64,000 bases of DNA from an uncultured Clostridia bacterium. GTDB lineage: Bacteria > Bacillota > Clostridia > TANB77 > CAG-508. The stretch lies in assembly GCA_944392665.1 (NCBI GenBank), contig CALXXJ010000002.1, positions 3,429 to 67,428 of the forward strand, read 5' to 3'. The position numbers were made by a program, and so were the translations under genes. Shown in pieces: positions 20,173-30,278 of this stretch (its first letter is position 1; every line of letters begins with the position of its first letter). Below the pieces are notes generated by a model. That model saw nothing but the letters and a program-made list of their open reading frames with translations. It was not told where the DNA came from and ran no database searches.

Positions 20173-20471
20173 AATTTTCCTCCTTTAATTATAATTATAT
20201 ACAATATAACTAAAAGACTAAAAATATTAAACTAATTATAAGTAGAATTCTATATTTTATTGTCTACTATTCGTAGATTTTAACAAATTCTCATTGCTTT
20301 TATTTTCTTAATTCTAAAATAAAGTCTTTAGGTATAAAAATAAGCCTTAAAATCTTACTTTTAAAGCTTATCATTCTTAATTTCATTATGAATTTTTTTA
20401 TTTTATCTTCTTTTTTGTCTTTCTAAGATTTTTTATTATTTTTCTAATACACTTTCTTCTTATATTATTAT

Positions 20472-20780
20472 CTATTTTTTGTCTTCTAAATACATAATTT
20501 CTTTATTTAGTGATTTGGCAAATTCAATTTCTCTATTAGTACTAAATCCAATATATTGATTTACATTTACTACAAAAATAGCATCAGCCAATTTTATTTT
20601 TGACATTTGTAATTCATCTAATAAATCCTCTTCTTCTTTTGTATAATTTCTTTCCATTACATGTGGTGTTATTCCAATAACTGCATATCCTTGTAATTCT
20701 AGTTTTTCATGCATCTCTTGTATTTTATCCCAAAATTTTAATGAGCCAACTAAAACCACTATCTTGTTCTTTTTATTCAT
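20472..20780 (-). CDS. Small hypothetical protein, nucleoside 2-deoxyribosyltransferase-like / DUF4406-like fold
   Basis: KIKLADAIFVVNVNQYIGFSTNREIEFAKSLNKEI motif. Confidence 0.55.
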   Translation of the reverse strand: MNKKNKIVVLVGSLKFWDKIQEMHEKLELQGYAVIGITPHVMERNYTKEEEDLLDELQMSKIKLADAIFVVNVNQYIGFSTNREIEFAKSLNKEIMYLEDKK

Positions 20781-20805
20781 AACTATCCTCTTCCTATTCC
20801 ATTTT

Positions 20806-21735
20806 TTAATTTACAATCTTTTCTAATATTTCTACTTCACAATTTGTTGCATCCAATCTAATCTTTCCTCCAATTGGAATCACTATATCTTCACAATCAT
20901 GTCCAAAATCATCACATTTTAATATTGGGAAATGGTAATCTTCTAAATTGTTCATGATAACATCTTCGAATTTTACAGTTTCTGTGTCTCCATGATAATG
21001 TCCTATCCATAATCCTTTTATTTTATCAAATACTTTATGATATTTTAAAACAGATAAATAACAATCTACCAATTCTAATGGTGTAGAACTAGCATATGCT
21101 TCTAAGAACAAAATTTTATTTATTATATCTGGCATATATTCTGTATTTAATAAATTCATTAGAGATTCTAAGTTTCCTCCAACAGCAATTCCTTCTACTA
21201 TCCCTTCTCTTAAGCACTTCCATTCAGAATTTTTATGTATCTTTCCTATTTCTCCATCGACTAATCTTCGCTTAAAATCTTGAAATTCAAAACTTTTTTT
21301 ATCTATAAAAGAAAAACTTTTTACATCTGATTGATGAAATGTAACTAAGCCTGTTTTAGCATATATGGCATTTAAATAATTGGTTGCATCACTAATTCCA
21401 TATACAATTTTAGGATTTTTCTTTATATTTTCATAATCAATTAATCCTAAGCAAGTAAAACTATTTTCTCCTCCTTTTGAAGAAAAAACACCTTTTATGT
21501 TTTTATCAGAAAACATATTATTTATATCTTCCGCTTTTTCCTCTTTCGTCGCAGAATACCCTAATGTATTTTTATTGACATAGTTTCCTTTTATACTATT
21601 AATTCCTATTTCTTTTAATAATTCTCTTCCTTTATTTAATGCCTCTTCTCTATCTCCCATAATTGGTGTGGAAGGTGATACAATTCCTATGATATCTCCT
21701 ATTTTTAATCTATCTGCTAACATATTTTCCTCCAA
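20806..21735 (-). CDS. LD-carboxypeptidase, S66 (MccF/LdcA) family
   Basis: IGIVSPS, SKGGE, nucleophile GISDAT, GGNL, FLE, FGHD. Confidence 0.9.
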   Translation of the reverse strand: MEENMLADRLKIGDIIGIVSPSTPIMGDREEALNKGRELLKEIGINSIKGNYVNKNTLGYSATKEEKAEDINNMFSDKNIKGVFSSKGGENSFTCLGLIDYENIKKNPKIVYGISDATNYLNAIYAKTGLVTFHQSDVKSFSFIDKKSFEFQDFKRRLVDGEIGKIHKNSEWKCLREGIVEGIAVGGNLESLMNLLNTEYMPDIINKILFLEAYASSTPLELVDCYLSVLKYHKVFDKIKGLWIGHYHGDTETVKFEDVIMNNLEDYHFPILKCDDFGHDCEDIVIPIGGKIRLDATNCEVEILEKIVN

Positions 21736-21737
21736 TT

Positions 21738-22118
21738 TTATCTCTCATAATTTGCCACTTCTATCACATTTCCATCTAAATCTAGCATTCCAAAGCAAAC
21801 ATATTTATATGGGCTATCTTGCACATCATCTGGCTCATATAAAATAGTAGCCCCTAAACTCTTCGCTTTTTCAAATGCTTTTTGAATATCTTCTGTATAA
21901 ATTCCTAACACAGCATTATTTCATACTACTATCTTTTCATCTATTGCTTTTTTATTTAGTAAACCAAAATACATACCATCTTGTCCTTCTATTTCAAAAT
22001 CAGCCCATCTATCGCCTTCTCTATGTGTTGCTTTTATACCTAAAAATAATTCATAAAAATTAACTGCCTTTTCCATATCTTCTACAAAAAAATATATATG
22101 ATCTAATTTTATTTTCAT
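21738..22118 (-). pseudogene. VOC/glyoxalase family protein with one in-frame TGA
   Basis: LDHIYFFVEDMEKAVNFYELFLG...EKIVV*NNAVLGIYTEDIQKAFEKAKSLGA...DLDGNVIEVANYER*; TGA at 21923-21921, frame otherwise intact. Confidence 0.75.
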
Positions 22119-22171
22119 CCTTCTCATTCCTTTTTTATATAATTATCTGTATATCAATTTTTCTTCTCCCA

Positions 22172-24124
22172 TTAATCACCATAGTTATGTCCACTTTGTC
22201 CACTTAGCTCGATTTCATCTTTCATCAACCATCTAGCTCTTTGCATAGATTTTAATACATTTGACTTTTCTCTATTTATTTCTGAATTTGGTAATACAAA
22301 ATGTCCTTTACTCGCATAATCTGCAATTGCTACATTTCCCATATATCCTAATATTTCATATAGTTTTTTTGCTCCATCTTTGCTTTCTGAATATTTTGAA
22401 AAAATAGTATCTATTCCCTCTGGTTTCATAGATAGTTTTGCCAGCCCCATTAATCCCTCTTTTCCTACAATTGTTTCTGCAAATTGATTTGCTAGTGTTT
22501 CATATTCTGGATAATCTGCAAATTCAGATACTAATGCAAATTCTTTTCCTATTAATTTAGAATAAAATCCCCTTTTAGAATATATTCCTTTTCCATATTT
22601 CTTCTCGACCATAGTTTGTGCCACTCTTTGAGAAATCGCTTCATCTAATAAAATTGCTCCCCATTCTGGATATTTAACTAATGGATTATCTTTCGAAAAT
22701 TCAGCATACTTGTTTTTAAATGTCATAATTTTATGTTGTTTATCTCCATACAAATCTTGATGTATTCCATTTGTAAAATGCGATAATTCATGAAATAATA
22801 CCTCGTCCAAAAAATATGGAGCTTGTCCTTCACATCTTTTTCGATTAATTTTTATAATATTTTTTCCATCAGCAATGATTGCTTGTGCATCACCAGAAAG
22901 TGTGTTGTCTTCTACTATTTCTACATTCTGTAACTGTGAATAAATATCTTTCAATTCATCTTTCTTAAATAAACCTATCTCCATTCCCAATTGTATATAT
23001 TCGTCTATTTTATCATTTAAATAAATACTTTGACTATTCATCTTTTTCTCCTTTAAGGTTTTAATATGTTTTCTAAACGCTTCCCCAAGTTCTTTATAAT
23101 ATCTTTGATACTGTACTTGATAAAGATTGTCTGGATTATTATTATATTGTTTTACCCACTTTTCAAATTCTTCTACATCTACATGTTCATTTTTATGAAT
23201 ACTATTTACTCTATAATAGCCTACATCATTTGCTAAATTCCCATCATCTGCAAAACATTTATTAAGTATAATATCTTTTATTTGATACTTACTAGAGGTT
23301 AACATTTCATAAGTAGGAATAATTCTATCAATGTCCACTTTTTCTAATGGAAGCATTTCAAGTTCTTCTAATGTATATCCATCCTTCTTATCTACACAAT
23401 TATGTTCTTTTTCTTGTTGGAGCTCATTTGCTTGCTCTATCATATTTTCTCTTAAGTGCACATCATATCCATTAGGTTGATTTCTAACTCTTTTCATAAG
23501 TTCTTCCATGTAATGTGTATTATTTAAATCTATTGCCAAATCATTTCTATCAAAAAGTTTTTCTATAAATTTGTCTTTCTGCTCTTGAGCTAAATTTTCA
23601 TAAAATGCATCATTCCCTACAAAATGCGCATCTGGGTTCTCATTTTCAAAATAATAATAACCTAAAATCATTTCTTTAGGAATTTCTTCTCTAAATAATT
23701 TATCTGTAATACATTCTACAGGACTGTCATCGTCACTATATAGGACATTTACATTCATCCATCCTCCCAAAATTTTTCTTCCATCGCTGTGTTCGAAAGT
23801 AGTTGGTACTGCCACAATAACTATTACATGTTCTTTTTTGGTTCTATAACAAGTATATCCATTCATTCCTAAAATTTGATCTTTATATTTTTCATATGTA
23901 TCTGATAATCTTCCATAAATCTTACATGTACTTTTTATTGATTTATGCCTTTCATTCATCAAGCCAATTTTCATTATACTTTCAGCTTTTTCTAATTTTG
24001 ACATATTGGCATACTGATTTTGAATATCTGGTATATCAGAAATACCATGGAGTCCTACATAATAATCGTTTTCTAATCTTTCTTCTAAGTATTTAAATAA
24101 TTCTCTTCTTTTTATTATTTCCAT
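22172..24124 (-). CDS. Hypothetical 650-aa protein with C-terminal HEXXH zinc-metallopeptidase motif
   Basis: VLFHELSHF followed by LLDEAISQ (gluzincin-like); N-terminal GLHGIS...SIMKIGL pattern. Confidence 0.6.
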   Translation of the reverse strand: MEIIKRRELFKYLEERLENDYYVGLHGISDIPDIQNQYANMSKLEKAESIMKIGLMNERHKSIKSTCKIYGRLSDTYEKYKDQILGMNGYTCYRTKKEHVIVIVAVPTTFEHSDGRKILGGWMNVNVLYSDDDSPVECITDKLFREEIPKEMILGYYYFENENPDAHFVGNDAFYENLAQEQKDKFIEKLFDRNDLAIDLNNTHYMEELMKRVRNQPNGYDVHLRENMIEQANELQQEKEHNCVDKKDGYTLEELEMLPLEKVDIDRIIPTYEMLTSSKYQIKDIILNKCFADDGNLANDVGYYRVNSIHKNEHVDVEEFEKWVKQYNNNPDNLYQVQYQRYYKELGEAFRKHIKTLKEKKMNSQSIYLNDKIDEYIQLGMEIGLFKKDELKDIYSQLQNVEIVEDNTLSGDAQAIIADGKNIIKINRKRCEGQAPYFLDEVLFHELSHFTNGIHQDLYGDKQHKIMTFKNKYAEFSKDNPLVKYPEWGAILLDEAISQRVAQTMVEKKYGKGIYSKRGFYSKLIGKEFALVSEFADYPEYETLANQFAETIVGKEGLMGLAKLSMKPEGIDTIFSKYSESKDGAKKLYEILGYMGNVAIADYASKGHFVLPNSEINREKSNVLKSMQRARWLMKDEIELSGQSGHNYGD

Positions 24125-24277
24125 AAATTTTCCAAGTTCCTTCTATTCTTTCTAAATTTTTGCTATTTATCATACGAATCAATTCTCTACAACTTCCACA
24201 AGGTGAATATATAACATCTTTTGCTGAATAAGAAACAAGCTTACTTCTTATTAATATCTAAAAATCTTTATCCATCC

Positions 24278-25099
24278 TTATTCTCCTCTTAAAATGTACT
24301 TTTCAATAGCATTTGCAACACCATCATGATTATTAGAAGTTGTTACATCATTTGCAAATCCTTTTACAAAATCACTGGCATTTTTCATTGCAATTCCTAA
24401 TCCTGCAAAATCTAGCATTTCTATATCATTTTCTCCATCTCCAATTGCCATAACTTCATCTTGCTTGATATCATATTTTTCCATAACTACCTTAATGGCT
24501 TCTGATTTTTTGATTCCTTTTTTTACAATTTCTAAATATTCTGGAACACTGCTGGTTATCTCATATTTTTTTAATATTTCTTCAGAAATTTGTTTTCTTT
24601 TCTCTATGATTTTTTCTGGTTTATCAATAAAACAAACTTTATAGATATAATTTTCTGGTTTATTGAAATTTATTTGGTTGAAATTAACTACTTTTAAATT
24701 CATTCCTTTCAAATTTTTTGTATTTTTTTGTACCACTTCTGGTATTGTTTCTACATAATGTGTATCTCTTGAGTATATCATAATTGGTAATCTTAATGCT
24801 TTTCCTAATTGAATTAATTCTTCTACTTCTTCAGCATTCAAATTTTTTGAGTATAACATTTCTTTTGTCTTATTCTCAACAATCATTCCTCCATTAAAAC
24901 AAATCGTACATTGATTTTCTTTTCTTAAGTCTAATGCATCTATAAATCTTTCTAATCGATAAAATGACCTTCCACTTGAAATCATGATTTTAACACCTTT
25001 TTTTGAGGCTTCTTTTATAACTTCCACTGTTTTCTTTGTTAATTCTTTTTCATCTGTTACTAATGTTCCATCTAAATCAATTGCTACTAATTTATACAT
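24278..25099 (-). CDS. Cof-type HAD-IIB hydrolase
   Basis: DLDGTL, SSGR, AIGDGENDIEML, NHDGVA. Confidence 0.93.
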   Translation of the reverse strand: MYKLVAIDLDGTLVTDEKELTKKTVEVIKEASKKGVKIMISSGRSFYRLERFIDALDLRKENQCTICFNGGMIVENKTKEMLYSKNLNAEEVEELIQLGKALRLPIMIYSRDTHYVETIPEVVQKNTKNLKGMNLKVVNFNQINFNKPENYIYKVCFIDKPEKIIEKRKQISEEILKKYEITSSVPEYLEIVKKGIKKSEAIKVVMEKYDIKQDEVMAIGDGENDIEMLDFAGLGIAMKNASDFVKGFANDVTTSNNHDGVANAIEKYILRGE

Positions 25100-25607
25100 G
25101 TTTCTGCTCCTCTTCTTTTATTTTTCCTAAAAAATACATACATTCTTTTAAACAATCATAATGACATTCTAAAAATATGCCTTTTTCCCTCATTTTGTTT
25201 ATTTCTTCTAAGCTTGCCCATTTGACATCTTCTACTTCTTCTTTTTCTAATTGCAATGTTGATAATTCTATTTCTTTTTTTACATAGTACATGTCTAAAA
25301 AACAGTCATATGCTCTTTTCGAATATATTAGTTCCATTTCACTTTCTTTTAGTTCTAGTCCCAATTCTTCTTTTGTTTCTCTTAACATAGCTGCTACACT
25401 ATCTTCCTCTGAAATAACATGACCACCTGTTAAGGCCCATTTTCCATTTTTCCTTTCTGTTCGTTTTTGGATTAGAAATTCATGTTTATCATTTTCAAAA
25501 CAGATAATAACGATTTGAATAAATTTTTCTTGTGTTATATAACTATCTCCTGTGGTTATCTCTCCTATTGGTTTTCTATTTTTATCAAATAAATCTCTTT
25601 TTTCCAT
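25092..25607 (-). CDS. NUDIX hydrolase
   Basis: GGHVISEEDSVAAMLRETKEELG Nudix box; likely start ATG 25607. Confidence 0.88.
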   Translation of the reverse strand: MEKRDLFDKNRKPIGEITTGDSYITQEKFIQIVIICFENDKHEFLIQKRTERKNGKWALTGGHVISEEDSVAAMLRETKEELGLELKESEMELIYSKRAYDCFLDMYYVKKEIELSTLQLEKEEVEDVKWASLEEINKMREKGIFLECHYDCLKECMYFLGKIKEEEQKHV

Positions 25608-25688
25608 ACTTTCTCCACCTCTTGACGATTTGTATCTCCTTATTTTTTTATACAAAATCTTTTTTCACTTTAAAAATGTTTTCTTGTT

Positions 25689-26603
25689 TTATTTTTTCTT
25701 GCCATTTTTCTCCTTATCTGGCTCATCAACTAATATTTTGTTTGTTATCTCAGCAAAATTTTCTAATGTTAATTTTTCTGCTCTTACATTTTCATCCAAA
25801 TCTAATTCTTTTAAAATTCTGATTCCTTCCTCTTTACTCATAAATACTTTTGTATTGGTTAAAGCATTTAGTAATGTCTTTCTTCTTTGCATAAAAGCAC
25901 TTTTGATAATTTTAAACATAACACCTTTACTTTTCACTTGTACTGGCGGTTCTTTTCTTAATGTTAATTTGATAACTTTTGAAGTCACTTCTGGTTCTGG
26001 TATAAATGAATCTTTTGGTACTTCCATGATTCCTTCAGCTGTTGAATAATAATATACAGAATATGTAATGGCACCTGTTTCTTTTTCTCCTGGAATCGCA
26101 ATTAATCTATCTGCTACTTCTTTTTGTATCATAACTGTGATACTTTCTAAGTCTAGTCGATCTTCTAACAATTTCATGATAATGGGTGTAGTTATATAAT
26201 ATGGTAAATTTGCTACGATTTTAGCAGATTGAAAACCATTTTTTTCTTTTTCATCTTTTATGATTTTATTTAATCTGATTTGTAATACATCTCCATGAAT
26301 AATTTCAAAATTTTCATATAAAGAAAACCTATCCGTCAAAATTTTTATCATTTTTTTATCTAATTCAATGCATATCACTTTTCCTGCTTTTTCTAATAAT
26401 TCTTTTGTTAAGGTTCCTAATCCTGGTCCAATTTCAATAACTAAATCTTGTTTAGTAATTTTGCTATTTTCTACAATTGTGTCTACGACATTTTGATTAA
26501 TCAAAAAATTTTGTCCCAATGCTTTATTCGCCCTAATTTTATATTTTTTCATAATAAATTGGGTATCTTCTAAAATATTACTCATTTTTCTATTTCCTTT
26601 CAT
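25689..26603 (-). CDS. rsmA: 16S rRNA m6,2A dimethyltransferase RsmA/KsgA
   Basis: LGQNFL, EIGPGLGTLT, ANLPYYITTP, MIQKEVADR, QRRKTL. Confidence 0.97.
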   Translation of the reverse strand: MKGNRKMSNILEDTQFIMKKYKIRANKALGQNFLINQNVVDTIVENSKITKQDLVIEIGPGLGTLTKELLEKAGKVICIELDKKMIKILTDRFSLYENFEIIHGDVLQIRLNKIIKDEKEKNGFQSAKIVANLPYYITTPIIMKLLEDRLDLESITVMIQKEVADRLIAIPGEKETGAITYSVYYYSTAEGIMEVPKDSFIPEPEVTSKVIKLTLRKEPPVQVKSKGVMFKIIKSAFMQRRKTLLNALTNTKVFMSKEEGIRILKELDLDENVRAEKLTLENFAEITNKILVDEPDKEKNGKKK

Positions 26604-26816
26604 TTTTTACATATATATTATATGGTAAATCTATCTATTTTTCAATATTTTACATAATTTTTACAATGATATTTTTTTAAGATTTCAAATAGTTTTAGCC
26701 TCTACCACTGATAGGATGTATATGTCTTTTATTGTGAAATTTCTGTGTCTTTGTTGCTTTTTATCTGTTTTTAAGATACAATAGAATTGCAAATTTTTAA
26801 CAAAAGAGGCGAAGCT

Positions 26817-29342
26817 ATGGCTACAAATAAAAAAAGTAAAAAAAATAAAGAAAATAAAAAAGATTTACAATATAAAAATATTTATATTGGTTTAACAGAT
26901 GATGATAAAAAGCAAGATAATCACAAAATAAAAACGAAAAAAAACACAAAAGAACATAATATAAACCACAATACTGAAAAGGATAAGCACGGAATTAAAC
27001 TTAATACTGAAAAACACAATGAAAATGATAAACAATTAATAAAAATTAATAATGAAAAAAACAATAGTATGACAAAGATAAAAAAAGAAAAAGATTCCAA
27101 TGTCATTAGTTTAAATCGTAAATTTGATTCCAAAAATTTAATTTATACAACCAAATTACGTAATACTTTTATTGTGATTATTGTTATTTTTGTCTTACTT
27201 TTAGGAAGAATTGGCTATCTACAATTTGTCGATGGTGCTTATTTAACAGAAATGGCCTATCAACAACAAGCCATTAACCAAATTCTTAGTCCTAAAAGAG
27301 GAAATATATATGATTCTACTGGGAATGCTTTAGCTATTAGTGCACAAGTAGATACCATAACCATTAACCCAAATAGAATTGTAGGCGATACAGACGAAGA
27401 AACAAAAACTTTAAAAGAAACTGTTGCTAAAGGCCTTTCTGATATATTTGAGCTAGATTACAATGAAATATTAGAAAAAGTAAATAGTGAATCACAAGTA
27501 GAAACAATTATCAAAAAAGTGGAACAAGAAAAAGTAGATGAATTAGAAGCTTGGATGGAAGAAAATGATATATCTGTTGGTATCAACATTGATGAAGATA
27601 CAAAAAGATATTATCCTTATGGTGATCTTGCTTCTAGTGTCATTGGTTTTTGTGGAAGTGACAACCAAGGATTAAGTGGAATTGAGTCTAAATGGGATTC
27701 AGTTTTAACTGGTACACCAGGCAAAATTGTTAGTGCAAAAGATAGTAGTCAAAAAGAAATTCCAAATGCAGAAGAAAATTATATATCTGCTGAAAATGGT
27801 AGTGATATCACATTAACAATTGATTTTAAGGTACAAACTACTATCGAAAAATACTTAGAACAAGCTGTTGAAAAATATGAATGTGAAGATGGTGGAAATG
27901 TCATTGTTATGAATCCACAAACTGGTGATATTTTAGGGATGGCTTGCTATCCAGACTATGACTTAAATTCACCATATACCCCCAACTCTACTTTAGCTAA
28001 AACTTATGATTCTTTATCTACTGAAGAAAAAAATGAAGCTTTATATAAAATGTGGTCTAATAAATCTGTTGCTGAAAGTTATGAACCAGGTTCTACCTTT
28101 AAAATTATAACTTCTAGTGTTGCTTTAGAAGAAGGTATTACAACCCCTAACAAGGAAGGTGATTTCTTCTGTTCTGGATCACAAGTAGTTGAAGATAGAA
28201 CTATTGATTGTTGGAATAAAGCTAATCCACATGGTTATCAAACTTTAACAGATGCCTTAGAAAATTCATGTAACCCTGCTTTTATCCAATTAGCACAAAG
28301 AATTGGAGCTTCTACTTTATATAAATACTATCAAGCATTTGGATTATTTGAATCAACAAATTCTGGATTATATGGAGAACAAACCAGTATCTTCCATGAT
28401 TTAGATGAAATCGGACCTGTTGAACTTGCAACATATGCATTTGGTCAAAGATTTCAAGTAACACCTCTTCAAATGATAACTGCTATTTCTTGTGTAGCCA
28501 ATGATGGTGTTTTGATGAAACCTAATATTATCAAATCTATTACCAATACAGATACTGGTGCTGTTACAGAAACTCAGCCTACAGAAGTAAGACAAGTTTT
28601 GTCTAAATCAACCGCTTCACAAGTAAAAACTATGATGGAATCTGTTGTAATAAATGGTTCTGGTAAAAATGTTCAAGTTTCTGGATATTCTATTGGAGGA
28701 AAATCTGGAACTTCTGAACCTACAGAAGCAAATAAAGATGATGGTTATGTTTCATCATTTGTTGCTATCTCTCCTATTGAAGATACACAAGTTGTTATAT
28801 TACTGACTTTATATGATCCTCAAAATGAAGAATATGGATACCAAGGTGGTAATGTTGCTGCTCCTGTTGTTTCACAAATGTTATCTGAAATATTACCATA
28901 TTTAGGAGTTCCTTCTGATACAACTGAAGAAGATAATAATTCCGAAAACTTAATTACCGTTCCTGATATTAGAAATAAAACAATTACAGAAGCTAAAAAA
29001 ATACTTACTGATGCCGGATTTGATTGCAAAGTTGTTTCTTCTGGAGATGAAAATTCAACATTAGTTGCAGATCAAAATCCAAAACCAGGAGCACAATTAG
29101 CTGCTAATTCCATTATTATGTTATATGGTGAAGGTGATACAGTTGCTACTTCTGTTGAAGTCCCTGATTTATCAAATATGAATTTATCACAAGCAACCAA
29201 TGCTTTAAAAGCGAAAAACTTAAATATTAGTGTAACTGGTTCGGGTATTGTAAAGACGCAAGACTATACAGCAGGTGAACTTGTCCCAGAAGGAACTATT
29301 ATTAGTGTAACATTAAAACAAACTTTAACAAATGCTCATTAA
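26817..29342 (+). CDS. Class B penicillin-binding protein (FtsI/SpoVD family) with two PASTA domains
   Basis: PKRGNIYD, RYYPYG, SxxK (EPGSTFK), SCN, GKSGT, two C-terminal PASTA repeats; long Lys/Asn-rich N-terminus. Confidence 0.92.
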   Translation: MATNKKSKKNKENKKDLQYKNIYIGLTDDDKKQDNHKIKTKKNTKEHNINHNTEKDKHGIKLNTEKHNENDKQLIKINNEKNNSMTKIKKEKDSNVISLNRKFDSKNLIYTTKLRNTFIVIIVIFVLLLGRIGYLQFVDGAYLTEMAYQQQAINQILSPKRGNIYDSTGNALAISAQVDTITINPNRIVGDTDEETKTLKETVAKGLSDIFELDYNEILEKVNSESQVETIIKKVEQEKVDELEAWMEENDISVGINIDEDTKRYYPYGDLASSVIGFCGSDNQGLSGIESKWDSVLTGTPGKIVSAKDSSQKEIPNAEENYISAENGSDITLTIDFKVQTTIEKYLEQAVEKYECEDGGNVIVMNPQTGDILGMACYPDYDLNSPYTPNSTLAKTYDSLSTEEKNEALYKMWSNKSVAESYEPGSTFKIITSSVALEEGITTPNKEGDFFCSGSQVVEDRTIDCWNKANPHGYQTLTDALENSCNPAFIQLAQRIGASTLYKYYQAFGLFESTNSGLYGEQTSIFHDLDEIGPVELATYAFGQRFQVTPLQMITAISCVANDGVLMKPNIIKSITNTDTGAVTETQPTEVRQVLSKSTASQVKTMMESVVINGSGKNVQVSGYSIGGKSGTSEPTEANKDDGYVSSFVAISPIEDTQVVILLTLYDPQNEEYGYQGGNVAAPVVSQMLSEILPYLGVPSDTTEEDNNSENLITVPDIRNKTITEAKKILTDAGFDCKVVSSGDENSTLVADQNPKPGAQLAANSIIMLYGEGDTVATSVEVPDLSNMNLSQATNALKAKNLNISVTGSGIVKTQDYTAGELVPEGTIISVTLKQTLTNAH

Positions 29343-29368
29343 CCATTTATGAGTTATATAATAAAAAC

Positions 29369-29403
29369 GTGAGTTAACAAAATCTTTGATTTCATTAACT
29401 CAC
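29369..29403. terminator. Hairpin between convergent PBP and Rpn genes
   Basis: GTGAGTTAA...TTAACTCAC followed by a T-run. Confidence 0.6.
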
Positions 29404-29410
29404 ATTTTTT

Positions 29411-30046
29411 CTATTCCATTATCTCCTCCTTCCAATATTTTTCTAGTAACTCATCTAATTTTTTAATCTTTTGACTTTTTTTGATTGCTTCTTCTGTATT
29501 TTCTCCTTTGAAATAACTTATCCATGCTTGTTTGAATGTCATATCTTTACTGTTTTCAAGTTTAAATTTTGGTAATTGTAAAATATGGATTTCGAGATAA
29601 TCATTTATAATATTGGTCATCGTATCTTCAGCTACAACCATTCTACTATGATAATCTAAATCTTTATTTAATACAAAATCTAATATATTGATGGTATTTG
29701 TTTTTGCAATTTCTCTATCTTCATCGTATTCTAATTGATTCCCATGAATTTGCACATAATATAATAACATCTTTGTCAAAACATGTTCCCCATCAATAAT
29801 TTGTATACCTATATTTCGTTCTTCATTTTCAGTTGTTTTGATTCTTAAATCCGCAATCCCAAAATTTTCTTCTGCGGGTAAATGTTTTTCTAACTTTTCT
29901 AAATATGGATTAATTTTTGCTTCTTTTATCTCTAAGTTTAATATCACCTCTATAAATTCTTTTAATATATCTAAATTTTCTTCTGTATTTAAAACTCGCC
30001 TTAGTACAAAATTACTTTTTGCAATAAATTTTCGATTCATATACAC
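29411..30046 (-). CDS. Rpn/PD-(D/E)XK nuclease-family (PDDEXK_2) protein, apparently degenerate
   Basis: DILKEFIEVILN, ADLRIKT...NIGIQ, KMLLYY, INILDF, LEIHILQLPK. Confidence 0.7.
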   Translation of the reverse strand: MYMNRKFIAKSNFVLRRVLNTEENLDILKEFIEVILNLEIKEAKINPYLEKLEKHLPAEENFGIADLRIKTTENEERNIGIQIIDGEHVLTKMLLYYVQIHGNQLEYDEDREIAKTNTINILDFVLNKDLDYHSRMVVAEDTMTNIINDYLEIHILQLPKFKLENSKDMTFKQAWISYFKGENTEEAIKKSQKIKKLDELLEKYWKEEIME

Positions 30047-30278
30047 GATTTTAGTGCACTAAAATAAATCCTCCTTTTTACTATTTTATTTAGAAGTTTG
30101 GAATCTTTTTTATCAATTATGGAATTTTAATAGATGAATTTTTCAACTTTATAAAATATAGATAAACTGATAATTAAATAAACAAATAAATAGAAATTTC
30201 TATTGAATAAAAATTATATAATTTCTTTCAGTATACTGTCAAAAAAAGAACTTGTCAACAAGTTCTTTTCGATTTTTT

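Noticed and set aside
19010-21923. TGA reassignment to a sense codon, suggested by two in-frame TGAs (rhuM remnant, VOC gene)
   Set aside because: TGA ends sigG, holB, the S8 protease and the HSS-like gene at plausible C-termini, and the rhuM remnant is truncated anyway.
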